A DNA stretch of 64,000 nucleotides from Lachnospiraceae bacterium (GTDB taxonomy: Bacteria; Bacillota_I; Bacilli_A; RFN20; CAG-826). Of this stretch, positions 46,163-54,451 are shown in pieces (positions within the stretch are counted from its first letter, which is position 1; every line of letters starts with the position of its first letter). The notes beneath the pieces are model-generated. The model had not been told where the DNA came from. It saw only the letters and a list, made by a program, of their open reading frames with translations, and did not search any database. The translations under genes were made by a program, and so were the position numbers. Location of the stretch: positions 1,219-65,218 of the forward strand of contig CAVKLJ010000003.1 of the NCBI GenBank assembly GCA_963657245.1, in the 5' to 3' direction.

Positions 46163-47617
46163 CTAAGCATTTTTGTTTTTGATATATTCATCAATGGCGG
46201 CTGCTGCACTTTTACCTGCGCCCATTGCTAGAATAACGGTTGCCGCGCCAGTAACTGCATCGCCACCTGCATATACGCCAACCTTTGTTGTCGCACCATC
46301 TTCTCCTGAAGTAACAATGCAACCATGAGAATTGGTTTCTAATCCTTTTGTAGTGTTTTTAATAAGAGGGTTAGGTGAAGTACCGATTGATTGAATAACA
46401 ACGTCAACGTCTAATTCAAACTCACTTCCAGGGATTTCGATCGGTCTTCTTCTCCCTGAAGCGTCTGGTTCACCAAGTTCCATCTTTATGCAACGAATTG
46501 CACGAACGTTGAACTTGCCATCATCAAGGATTGCAACAGGGTTATTTAACAATCTGAATTCAACTCCTTCTTCCATGGCATGTTCGACTTCTTCTTTACG
46601 TGCAGGAAGCTCTTCTAGAGAACGACGGTAAACGACATAAACTTTTTCAGCGCCTAAACGAAGAGCACTTCTAGCAGCATCCATCGCGACGTTTCCGCCG
46701 CCAATAACCGCAACATTCTTTCCATGGACAACCGGTGTTTCTGGGTCTTCTTTATAGGCTTTCATTAAATTGATACGAGTTAAGAATTCGTTTGCGGATA
46801 AAACCCCATTAAGGTTTTCTCCCGGAATTCCCATAAATCTAGGAAGGCCTGCACCTGAACCAATAAAGACAGCTTCATATCCATCTTCCATAAGTTCATC
46901 GATGGAATGGATCTTACCGATAACTTCGTTTGTGCGAATCTCTACACCCATCTTTTCAAGATTAGCACACTCTTTTTTAACAATTTCTTTTGGAAGACGG
47001 AATTCTGGAATACCGTATGATAAGACTCCACCCGCAACATGTAACGCTTCAAAAATTGTTACATCGTATCCAAGTTTTCTTAAATCGCCAGCACATGTAA
47101 GTCCAGAAGGACCGCTGCCAATAATTGCAACCTTATGTCCATTTGATGGTGTCTTCTCAAATTTAACAAGTTCATTTTCTCTAGCGTAGTCGGCAACATA
47201 TCTTTCAAGTCTTCCAATAGCAACCGACTCACCAAAGCCTTTTGTAACCATCTTCCCAGTTTCATCTTTTTCTCTTATTGGCATTTTGCCTCTAAGGCAG
47301 TTTTTCTCACATTGAGATTCTTGAGGGCAAACACGTCCACAGATAGAAGATAAAGATGAAGCTTGTAAAAGAATATCATTCGCGCCTTTCATATCATCTT
47401 CACGAACCTTAGCAATAAATCCTGGAATATCGATATGAACAGGACAAAGAGGAACACAAGCAGGTTTAGGGCAATCAAGGCAACGGAACGCTTCATTTAT
47501 TGCCATTTCATGCGTATATCCGGAGGTAACTTCTTCAAAATTATGAGCGCGTACCTTTGCTTCTTGAGAAGGCATTGGGTTCTTTTTAGGACTCATGTTA
47601 ACTTGATACTTTGGCAT
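46163..47617 (-). CDS. nfnB: NfnB / GltD-like NADPH-dependent oxidoreductase large subunit (homotetrameric glutamate-synthase family)
   Basis: N-terminal 2x[4Fe-4S] Cys clusters (CLDCPKPACVPLCP, CGRVCPQESQCEKNC) and two dinucleotide folds (IIGSGPSGL, VIGGGNVAMD). Confidence 0.85.
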   Translation of the reverse strand: MPKYQVNMSPKKNPMPSQEAKVRAHNFEEVTSGYTHEMAINEAFRCLDCPKPACVPLCPVHIDIPGFIAKVREDDMKGANDILLQASSLSSICGRVCPQESQCEKNCLRGKMPIREKDETGKMVTKGFGESVAIGRLERYVADYARENELVKFEKTPSNGHKVAIIGSGPSGLTCAGDLRKLGYDVTIFEALHVAGGVLSYGIPEFRLPKEIVKKECANLEKMGVEIRTNEVIGKIHSIDELMEDGYEAVFIGSGAGLPRFMGIPGENLNGVLSANEFLTRINLMKAYKEDPETPVVHGKNVAVIGGGNVAMDAARSALRLGAEKVYVVYRRSLEELPARKEEVEHAMEEGVEFRLLNNPVAILDDGKFNVRAIRCIKMELGEPDASGRRRPIEIPGSEFELDVDVVIQSIGTSPNPLIKNTTKGLETNSHGCIVTSGEDGATTKVGVYAGGDAVTGAATVILAMGAGKSAAAAIDEYIKNKNA

Positions 47618-47619
47618 AA

Positions 47620-48459
47620 CTATTTAGCCTCCTTGAATAAATTGCAGGTTTCTTCGTATTTGTGTTTTTCCCATTCGCGATAAATTCCACCACGGAAACG
47701 CGCTTCATCAAAATCGACTTCTGCACCATCAAAATCAGGGCCATCAACGCAAGCGAACTTAGTCTTTCCACCAACGGTTAAACGACAACCGCCACACATT
47801 CCTGTTCCATCAATCATGATTGGATTCATGGAAACAACTATTTTCACTCCTCTTTCTTTGCACATCTTAGCAACGAATTTCATCATGACAATTGGACCGA
47901 TCGCAATGACTTCGTCGTAGACATTTCCTTCATCAAGGAGTTTTTCTAACGCATTTGTAACTAAGCCTTTCTCTCCAGCCGTTCCGTCATCTGTCATGAT
48001 CTTAAAAAGATCGGAACAAGCTTTGAATTCATCTTCAAGAATAACAAGGTCTTTGCTTCTAAAGCCAACGATGGAATGAACTATTGCCCCTCTCTTATGA
48101 AGCTCTTGAGCAATTGGCATCGCGATGGCGCTTCCTGCACCACCACCAATAATACAAACTTTCTTTAGGCCATCTAGTTCTGTTGGTCTTCCTAATGGCC
48201 CAACAAAATCTTGGATGTATTCTCCTTCTTTCTTTTGAGATAGTTTGAAAGTTGTCGAACCAACAACTTGGAAAATGATTTTTACTGTGCCTTTTTCTAA
48301 ATCTTCACCAGCGATAGTTAAAGGAATTCTTTCTCCATCTTCATCAACACGAAGTATGATGAATTCACCAGGTTTTGCCTTATTGGCAATTTCTGGCGAA
48401 AGAATGTCCATCTCAACGATTGTGGGATTGAGCACTTTTTTTCTTGCGATTTTATACAT
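47620..48459 (-). CDS. nfnA: NfnA / sulfide-dihydroorotate dehydrogenase-like FAD/NAD-binding subunit
   Basis: Ferredoxin-reductase-type FAD/NAD domains (GEFIILR, IIGGGAGSA) and a C-terminal [2Fe-2S] Cys cluster (CGGCRL...C). Directly upstream of nfnB. Confidence 0.85.
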   Translation of the reverse strand: MYKIARKKVLNPTIVEMDILSPEIANKAKPGEFIILRVDEDGERIPLTIAGEDLEKGTVKIIFQVVGSTTFKLSQKKEGEYIQDFVGPLGRPTELDGLKKVCIIGGGAGSAIAMPIAQELHKRGAIVHSIVGFRSKDLVILEDEFKACSDLFKIMTDDGTAGEKGLVTNALEKLLDEGNVYDEVIAIGPIVMMKFVAKMCKERGVKIVVSMNPIMIDGTGMCGGCRLTVGGKTKFACVDGPDFDGAEVDFDEARFRGGIYREWEKHKYEETCNLFKEAK

Positions 48460-48471
48460 ACGTTTCCTCCT

Positions 48472-49248
48472 TTAGAAACCTAATGTCTTTTTTAACCTTG
48501 CTAGGAAAGGGTCTTTCTCTATTGAGTAACAGACTGCTTTCTTCTTGGAAATGAATATAGAGAATTCATCATCAGCCTTTTCATTAACAAGGATATTGTC
48601 TTTTAAAATATTTCCAGAACGTCCATTAACTTCTTTGAATGTTAAGACTCTCTTCTTATCTAATATTAATGGAGAGCCCACACTTGAATATGCTTTAGAA
48701 TGAATAGCAGCAATCTCAGTAACTTCCATTCCATCGACATTTATATCCATTATTGATCCATTTATGCTACGGTTATATCCCATAGAACCAGTTGATGTTG
48801 CAATAACCAAACCCATGCCAAAATATCTTTCTAGTTTTTCACCATCAAGATACACGTCATATTCAACGTTCTTGATAAGACCGCTGAGAATAAATTCGTT
48901 TATTGCGTAATGGCTTTGATTTTTAGATGAATACTCAAGCAAAGAGAATTCTCTTGTTGGAAGAAGATTTTCTTTGATTGATTTGATAGTTTCTTCGTAT
49001 TTATGGACATCAAATTCGTTATAGTAGCCAATTGTTCCAGTGTTGAAGCAAAGGAACTTGATGGAATCTAACTTATCCGCATATTGATGCATAGCGTGAA
49101 GGAAGGTTCCATCCCCTCCTATAACGATAATAAGTTCAGGATCTTTTTCATCCTCAAGAAAAAAAGAATCTTTCGACATAAAAGAGGCAATGTCGGAAGA
49201 CATCTTTTTAGAAAAATCATCATCTCTATTAGTAATAATGTAGCGCAT
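48472..49248 (-). CDS. nadK: NAD kinase
   Basis: GGDGTFL motif and the conserved C-terminal beta domain (ATSTGSMGYNRS). Confidence 0.9.
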   Translation of the reverse strand: MRYIITNRDDDFSKKMSSDIASFMSKDSFFLEDEKDPELIIVIGGDGTFLHAMHQYADKLDSIKFLCFNTGTIGYYNEFDVHKYEETIKSIKENLLPTREFSLLEYSSKNQSHYAINEFILSGLIKNVEYDVYLDGEKLERYFGMGLVIATSTGSMGYNRSINGSIMDINVDGMEVTEIAAIHSKAYSSVGSPLILDKKRVLTFKEVNGRSGNILKDNILVNEKADDEFSIFISKKKAVCYSIEKDPFLARLKKTLGF

Positions 49249-49311
49249 ATTTCGACCTGTCTTTATTTTAGAGATAGGCGTTGTTCTATTTCAATAATTT
49301 TTTCTCAATTC

Positions 49312-49348
49312 TAAGAAAAAGAAAAGAGGGGATGATTTAATCATCCTC
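49312..49348 (-). terminator. intrinsic terminator of hsp20
   Basis: GGATGAT(49330-49336)-TTA-ATCATCC(49340-49346), followed on the minus strand by a CT-rich T tract. Confidence 0.65.
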
Positions 49349-49368
49349 CCTAGCATTCGTATTTTCGT

Positions 49369-49794
49369 TTATTCAATTGCAATATGGTGTTCTTTTTCTT
49401 CTTGTGGAACTTCTTTTGGAACGAAAAGTTTTAAAACGCCGTCCGCATATTTAGCAGAAATTGTCTTTTCATCAACATCGCCAACATAGTAAGAACGTGT
49501 GCTAACGCCGGAGAATCTTTCTTTACAGATATATTTCTCTTGGCCGTTTTCTTCATGCTTGTCTTCCACTTTAGCTTGGATTGTAAGATATCCTTCTTTC
49601 AAAGAGACATTGATATTTTGTTTATCGATTCCAGGAAGATCGATTTCAAATGTATAACCTTTATCGTTTTCTTTGATATCGGTTTTCATTTGTAAACCTT
49701 TGGCATATCTATTTGCTTGATAATCAGCTGGTGCGAATAAATCAAACAATGGGTCGAAGATTCCGCTTCCGTAATTTGTAATTTCATTTTTCAT
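49369..49794 (-). CDS. Hsp20/alpha-crystallin small heat-shock protein
   Basis: Start set at ATG 49794 behind GGAGG. Alpha-crystallin domain (TFEIDLPGIDKQNINVSLKEGYLTIQA ... ADGVLKLFVPK). Confidence 0.9.
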   Translation of the reverse strand: MKNEITNYGSGIFDPLFDLFAPADYQANRYAKGLQMKTDIKENDKGYTFEIDLPGIDKQNINVSLKEGYLTIQAKVEDKHEENGQEKYICKERFSGVSTRSYYVGDVDEKTISAKYADGVLKLFVPKEVPQEEKEHHIAIE

Positions 49795-49817
49795 AAGTAA
49801 TACCTCCAATTTATTGG

Positions 49818-49844
49818 TTAGCACTCTTTTCTCTCAAGTGCTAA
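49818..49844. promoter_or_regulatory. CIRCE (HrcA operator) element
   Basis: TTAGCACTC-TTTTCTCTC-AAGTGCTAA against consensus TTAGCACTC-N9-GAGTGCTAA (1 mismatch). It lies between the promoter and the hsp20 SD. Confidence 0.85.
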
Positions 49845-49848
49845 CACT

Positions 49849-49876
49849 ATTGTAATACCCGATTTAGCACTGTCAA
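49849..49876 (-). promoter_or_regulatory. sigma-A-type promoter of hsp20
   Basis: On the minus strand: TTGACA (49871-49876), a 16-nt spacer, then TACAAT (49849-54). The -35 box lies inside the upstream CIRCE-like element. Confidence 0.65.
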
Positions 49877-49890
49877 GTGTTTTGTGCTAA
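49864..49890. promoter_or_regulatory. second, degenerate CIRCE-like inverted repeat
   Basis: TTAGCACTG-N9-TTGTGCTAA, the same 27-nt geometry with 3 mismatches to CIRCE. Overlaps the -35 box. Confidence 0.55.
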
Positions 49891-49937
49891 ATATTTTTAA
49901 AATAAGCCTGTCATCGAATAAAAAAGTGAATATATTT

Positions 49938-50282
49938 TTATAAAGCCAATAGTTTTTTGATTTTAGCACTTACGTTAGGTTGGAAAATTTTGAAATCGAT
50001 AAAATAAAAATTCTCTTTGCATTTCTGATAAAAGAAATTCGATATGTCTTCATCTATGTCCTGACATATTTGATAAGACGTTTCATCGATTATGCTCTCA
50101 TCTTTTTTGGAGATATATTCTCTTGCCATCTTTTCGAATGAAGATGAAATCCTTTCATGCAGTTCTTTTGCTTGGTAATGACCACTTACTTGGTTGGAAT
50201 ATGGATAGATATGTTTTACCAAAAGATTATTTAGATAGTCAAAAAGCTCAGTCTCCTTTTCTTCTATGATCAAGTTCGTCAT
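49938..50282 (-). CDS. hypothetical protein (114 aa)
   Basis: Start set at ATG 50282, 7 nt behind AGGAGGT. Acidic with no TM segment. No family recognised. Confidence 0.5.
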   Translation of the reverse strand: MTNLIIEEKETELFDYLNNLLVKHIYPYSNQVSGHYQAKELHERISSSFEKMAREYISKKDESIIDETSYQICQDIDEDISNFFYQKCKENFYFIDFKIFQPNVSAKIKKLLAL

Positions 50283-50337
50283 ATAAAAAACCTCCTCATC
50301 TATTAATAAGGAGGTATTTTTCAAAAAGAGACAAAAA

Positions 50338-50808
50338 TTAATCAAGAATATCGACAAATACACCTTGCGTATATTTCTCTAAGTCGAATGGAGATAATCC
50401 AACCTGGAACCCTCTTTTCCCACCAGAAATATAAACAACATCAAACAATTGGGCAGTTTCATCAATAAAAACTGGCATCGGTTTCTTTAATCCTATAGGC
50501 GAACAACCTCCATGAACATATCCAGTAAGAGGCAATAATTGTTTTAAAGGAATTAGCTCGATCGATTTCGATTTTGTTGCTTTAGCAGCTTTCTTAAGGT
50601 TTAAGGAACAATTTACAGGCACCTCAAAGATAAAATGTTCATGCTTATCGTTCTCGCAGACAAGGCTTTTAAAAACACATTCAGGATCTTCTCCTAAAGC
50701 TTTGGCAACGCTTTCTCCATCAACGATCTCTTCATCGTATTCCTTTGGAAAGTAATTTATCTTTGCTTCATCAAGCAATCTCATTACGTTTGTTTTTGTG
50801 ATTTTCAT
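50338..50808 (-). CDS. ybaK: Cys-tRNA(Pro)/Cys-tRNA(Cys) deacylase YbaK/EbsC
   Basis: 156 aa with YbaK-family pattern (NVMRLLD..., KSLV, GYVHGGCSPIG, ISGG.RG). Confidence 0.85.
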   Translation of the reverse strand: MKITKTNVMRLLDEAKINYFPKEYDEEIVDGESVAKALGEDPECVFKSLVCENDKHEHFIFEVPVNCSLNLKKAAKATKSKSIELIPLKQLLPLTGYVHGGCSPIGLKKPMPVFIDETAQLFDVVYISGGKRGFQVGLSPFDLEKYTQGVFVDILD

Positions 50809-51716
50809 ATTTCTTTTTCTTTATTATATATAAAAGATAAAGCGTTTAATTTTGCTTTGGGCCAATAAAACATTGCTATAACCCCTAGAAAGAGGATATA
50901 GACGATTAACGCCACCGAATCGATTAAATAGTTAACCGCAAGGAATATCGCCTTCACAAAGCCTGTTTTAAGGACATCGAGCCCATCATTGTCTTGAATC
51001 TTCTTCGGAAACTTAATAAATGCTCCTCTAGCAAAAGAACATATGGAATTGTGAATCCAATTTCCTTTAAGTAATCCCGTATAAAAAATAGAGAAAACGT
51101 AATATCCAACAACAATAGATCCAGCAGTAACTAGATAAGAAATTAGTTTCTCATTAAGGATGAAATAAATTATTACAGCTGCCGCAACAGTTAAAGAAAG
51201 GAAAACAAAGCCCATCAATAAAGATGCCATTAGGGCTTTCTTGATATTCTTTTTCTCTTCAAGAAGTTCCCTTTTGGCGTTTTGCTTATTAATCGCCTCT
51301 ATTTCCTTGCAACAATCCTCACAGAAATATTTCTTCCCATCATTCTTTTTAGAGTCGTATTCATAGACAATTGATGTTGATAAGAAACCATATTCTTCCT
51401 TAACCTCTCCCATACCGTATTTGCTATTGGAGTAAATTGTTTTGCCACATCTAGAGCAAGTACCAACATATTTGCCTTTAGATGAAGGAGAATAGACGGG
51501 AATGATTTTCTCATGTTCCTTTTTGCTAAGAATGTCTTCTTTGCTAATTCTAAATAAAGAGACAATCTTATCTATTTGCAAAGATGAAGGTTCTCTTTCA
51601 TCTTTCTCCCAAGCAATAACTAAATCTTTGGAAACCGAAAGAAGACGAGCTAAATCGTCTTGGTTTAAGCCTTTCTTGACTCTGTAATATGCAATATTTC
51701 TTCCTAGTGTTTCCAT
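50805..51716 (-). CDS. membrane-anchored XRE-family HTH protein with zinc-ribbon linker
   Basis: N-terminal HTH (IAYYRVKKGLNQDDLARLLSVSKDLVIAWEKDER), CSRCGK...CEDCC zinc ribbon, then ~4 C-terminal TM segments. Confidence 0.7.
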   Translation of the reverse strand: METLGRNIAYYRVKKGLNQDDLARLLSVSKDLVIAWEKDEREPSSLQIDKIVSLFRISKEDILSKKEHEKIIPVYSPSSKGKYVGTCSRCGKTIYSNSKYGMGEVKEEYGFLSTSIVYEYDSKKNDGKKYFCEDCCKEIEAINKQNAKRELLEEKKNIKKALMASLLMGFVFLSLTVAAAVIIYFILNEKLISYLVTAGSIVVGYYVFSIFYTGLLKGNWIHNSICSFARGAFIKFPKKIQDNDGLDVLKTGFVKAIFLAVNYLIDSVALIVYILFLGVIAMFYWPKAKLNALSFIYNKEKEI

Positions 51717-51719
51717 ATT

Positions 51720-51742
51720 AGAAAAAGCCCCTAATGGGGCTT
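51720..51742 (-). terminator. intrinsic terminator of the upstream membrane protein gene
   Basis: AAGCCCC(51725-51731)-TAAT-GGGGCTT(51736-51742), followed on the minus strand by TTTTT, only a few nt before ATG 51716. Confidence 0.7.
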
Positions 51743-51760
51743 AAATGATTAATTATTAGA

Positions 51761-52252
51761 TTAAGCCTTTTTTCCAAATAAGACTTTTCCACCGATGAAT
51801 AAATCAATGACAGCTGCAAGAGCTGAGCAAGCGCCTGCAACAATATATCCCCAACCTAATGAAACTGTTGTTGTGTTTGGAAGAACGGAAATCCAAGTAT
51901 TGCCAACAAGAACACCAGATAAGAAGAAAAGAAGAGCGCAAACGAAGCAGATGATTCCGGTTAAGAAATTGAAGAATGCTCCAACCTTTCCACCGAAGAA
52001 TCCGGTAACGCTTCCAACAAGTCCGAAGAATGCGGCAATTAAGAGAAGAACGAACCAAGCAATCATCGAACCATATGGATCAATGATTTGGAGAGCATCG
52101 TTTCCGAAGACAAAGTCGTAACCACGAGCAGCTTCACTGAATGAGCCGCCTTTAGCAATAAGGCCATCGCCTAGAGGGAATAAGAGAGCTCCAACGATAG
52201 CGAGTACAGCAAGAACACTAAGTATTCCTGATAATAATGATTTCTTTTTCAT
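51761..52252 (-). CDS. hypothetical Gly-rich membrane protein (163 aa)
   Basis: ORF track. 4-5 hydrophobic segments. No family recognised. Confidence 0.55.
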   Translation of the reverse strand: MKKKSLLSGILSVLAVLAIVGALLFPLGDGLIAKGGSFSEAARGYDFVFGNDALQIIDPYGSMIAWFVLLLIAAFFGLVGSVTGFFGGKVGAFFNFLTGIICFVCALLFFLSGVLVGNTWISVLPNTTTVSLGWGYIVAGACSALAAVIDLFIGGKVLFGKKA

Positions 52253-52501
52253 ATAGTCACCTCAAATGAACAACGATAATATTACTAGCCTTGCTTCTTT
52301 TCTTCAAGAAAAGCCTAGAAACATTTTCAAGAATCTTCAATTACAAAACCTTTACGTTAGAAACAAAACACTTTGTTTGAATTAATCATCGAAAAAATGT
52401 CGGTGGCAATTGTAACTTTTTTGAATTTGTAAAAATAATCATTGAAGTTTATCAGTTTTGGTGTATGTTCTTTTTTGTCTATTTTTTAAGGAGGACTTTT
52501 T

Positions 52502-54406
52502 ATGCATATGAATAAAAAAGCAAAATTAGTTATGTTACTAAGTGCCAGTGCGTTAGGCATGGCTCTTACATCTTGTGATGAACCAGCAAGTTCGTCATCA
52601 TCGTCTTCATCCAGCTCAAGCGTTGCCCCTATCGCAACAAGAATCAGTTATGAAGCATTACCATATCTTGTCACTGGTCAAAGCCTTGATTTGGATAAGT
52701 ACATCACAATCAAATATGATGATAATTCAACCGACAAAACTTATAACGTCGAATGTTCTGATGAAAGTGTCACGATCACCGACCATAAAGTTGTCTCAAA
52801 CTCACATGGTACATACACATTAGTTATTACAGCCGGTGCAGTTACTTCTAAAATCGAATTAAACGTCGTTTCAGAAGACCATAAGAGTTTAATCGATCTC
52901 GTAAGCGGCTTAGAAGAACATCCCCAAAACTATCTTCTCAGTACTTATGATGTCGATTCAAGCACAGGCAAATTAGTCTATGAAGATTCCTATGTACACA
53001 ATGAAAATTACATTGCCATCTACGACGAAGATGACCCAGCTGCCGTTTATCCTGATGACAGCAAATACGCCGGACAACCTGCCAGCACGCTTCTCGCAAA
53101 ATTAAGCGACGGCCACGCATATTGGGGAAACTTCACCAAGGACGCAACAGGAAACGTCATTCCAGTCTTTGAGCCTGGATACGCTTCTTGGGATAACTAC
53201 TATATCACCGGCGGTCTCTCTCTCGATGCAACTGACGCTACCTATGAAACAGGAACAGACGGAACAGAATATCTATTAATGGGAACAGGATTCGAGCAAA
53301 ATCTTCTCCATTACGGACTTTCCACATTCCCAGAAAACTACAAATACACCCTTACAGGCGCAGAAGTTCTCGGAGTTGAGGATTTAGATGAAGACGGTGA
53401 CACAGACACTGCAGTATTCGCCTGCTATGTTTCCATCACACAAAATGGAAAGACAAGCAGCGGATATTGGACAATCGTTGCTCTTTCTAATATCGGAAGT
53501 GCTACTATCGAAATCATGGAAAGTGCAATAACCGATGCAAAATATCTTCCAACAAAGATTAAAGCCCCAGAAATCAGCAACACCTTCGCAGCTTTAGCCG
53601 AAAAGAAGAACTACACCCTTACCACAACTCTCAAAGCAACCGATGGAGACGGAGAGGCTCTTGAGCTTGAAGACTACTCCAAAGACACAATGGCAAATCT
53701 CTTCGGCGGAACAGAAGCCACATTCGTCACTTCCTTCACAGAAGACGGCGTTATCAGCACATTGACCACCCTCCCAATCACAAAAGATGCATCAGGAAAC
53801 TATGTCCCTGGAACACAAACCCAATTAGGTGGCAAATTCGCAATCTGGGATGATGGAACAAATACATATACTTCGTCATATGATTCCGAATCAAAAGCCA
53901 TGGGTGAAAAGACGACGGTCGCAGCAAACAAACAAGTTTATGACTCTGGCGCACTCAAAGGAATGACTGCTGACACCATCACCGAAGCTGACGCAAACGG
54001 AACAATCTGGTCCAGCAAACAATCTTCCGGAACAAAAGTTACATTCACCGGTCAAGTTGGAGATTACTACAGCGAAACCGAAGTCACCAACGAACTCTTC
54101 GGAAAACTTCTTGATATGAACGGCTTCTCCGTCACGTGGTTTGAAGATATCGGCGCAGCTGGTATTGGAACACAACTCACGACCCCAATGAGCTTCACAA
54201 GTGGCGATAAGCATGCTTTATCATTAAGCTCTAGCTATAACTACTTCATTGTTGATACAGCAACAAATGAAGTTTCCATGTCTGCTCTTTGCTACTTACC
54301 AATCGGCCTTAGCGACTATATCACTATTACCGTCACAATCAGCAACGTTGGCACAACCACAAACGATTTCACCAATTTCGTTAGCGGCACAACAAGCGCT
54401 GAATAA
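52502..54406 (+). CDS. surface lipoprotein with poly-Ser linker (634 aa)
   Basis: AAGGAGG lies 7 nt upstream. Signal plus lipobox LTSC (Cys at codon 25) followed by an 11-Ser run. T/S/D/G-rich mature part. First gene of the Opp cluster. Confidence 0.7.
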   Translation: MHMNKKAKLVMLLSASALGMALTSCDEPASSSSSSSSSSSVAPIATRISYEALPYLVTGQSLDLDKYITIKYDDNSTDKTYNVECSDESVTITDHKVVSNSHGTYTLVITAGAVTSKIELNVVSEDHKSLIDLVSGLEEHPQNYLLSTYDVDSSTGKLVYEDSYVHNENYIAIYDEDDPAAVYPDDSKYAGQPASTLLAKLSDGHAYWGNFTKDATGNVIPVFEPGYASWDNYYITGGLSLDATDATYETGTDGTEYLLMGTGFEQNLLHYGLSTFPENYKYTLTGAEVLGVEDLDEDGDTDTAVFACYVSITQNGKTSSGYWTIVALSNIGSATIEIMESAITDAKYLPTKIKAPEISNTFAALAEKKNYTLTTTLKATDGDGEALELEDYSKDTMANLFGGTEATFVTSFTEDGVISTLTTLPITKDASGNYVPGTQTQLGGKFAIWDDGTNTYTSSYDSESKAMGEKTTVAANKQVYDSGALKGMTADTITEADANGTIWSSKQSSGTKVTFTGQVGDYYSETEVTNELFGKLLDMNGFSVTWFEDIGAAGIGTQLTTPMSFTSGDKHALSLSSSYNYFIVDTATNEVSMSALCYLPIGLSDYITITVTISNVGTTTNDFTNFVSGTTSAE

Positions 54407-54451
54407 GAAGGCACATTTGTTTGTTCTTTAAATATTTGAAAGAGGTATTAC

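Noticed and set aside
46770-47189. 139-aa plus-strand ORF inside nfnB (also 47080..47265 and 47435..47683).
   Set aside because: Antisense or alternate frame of a conserved oxidoreductase gene. Low-complexity S/P/I-rich product. No independent signals.
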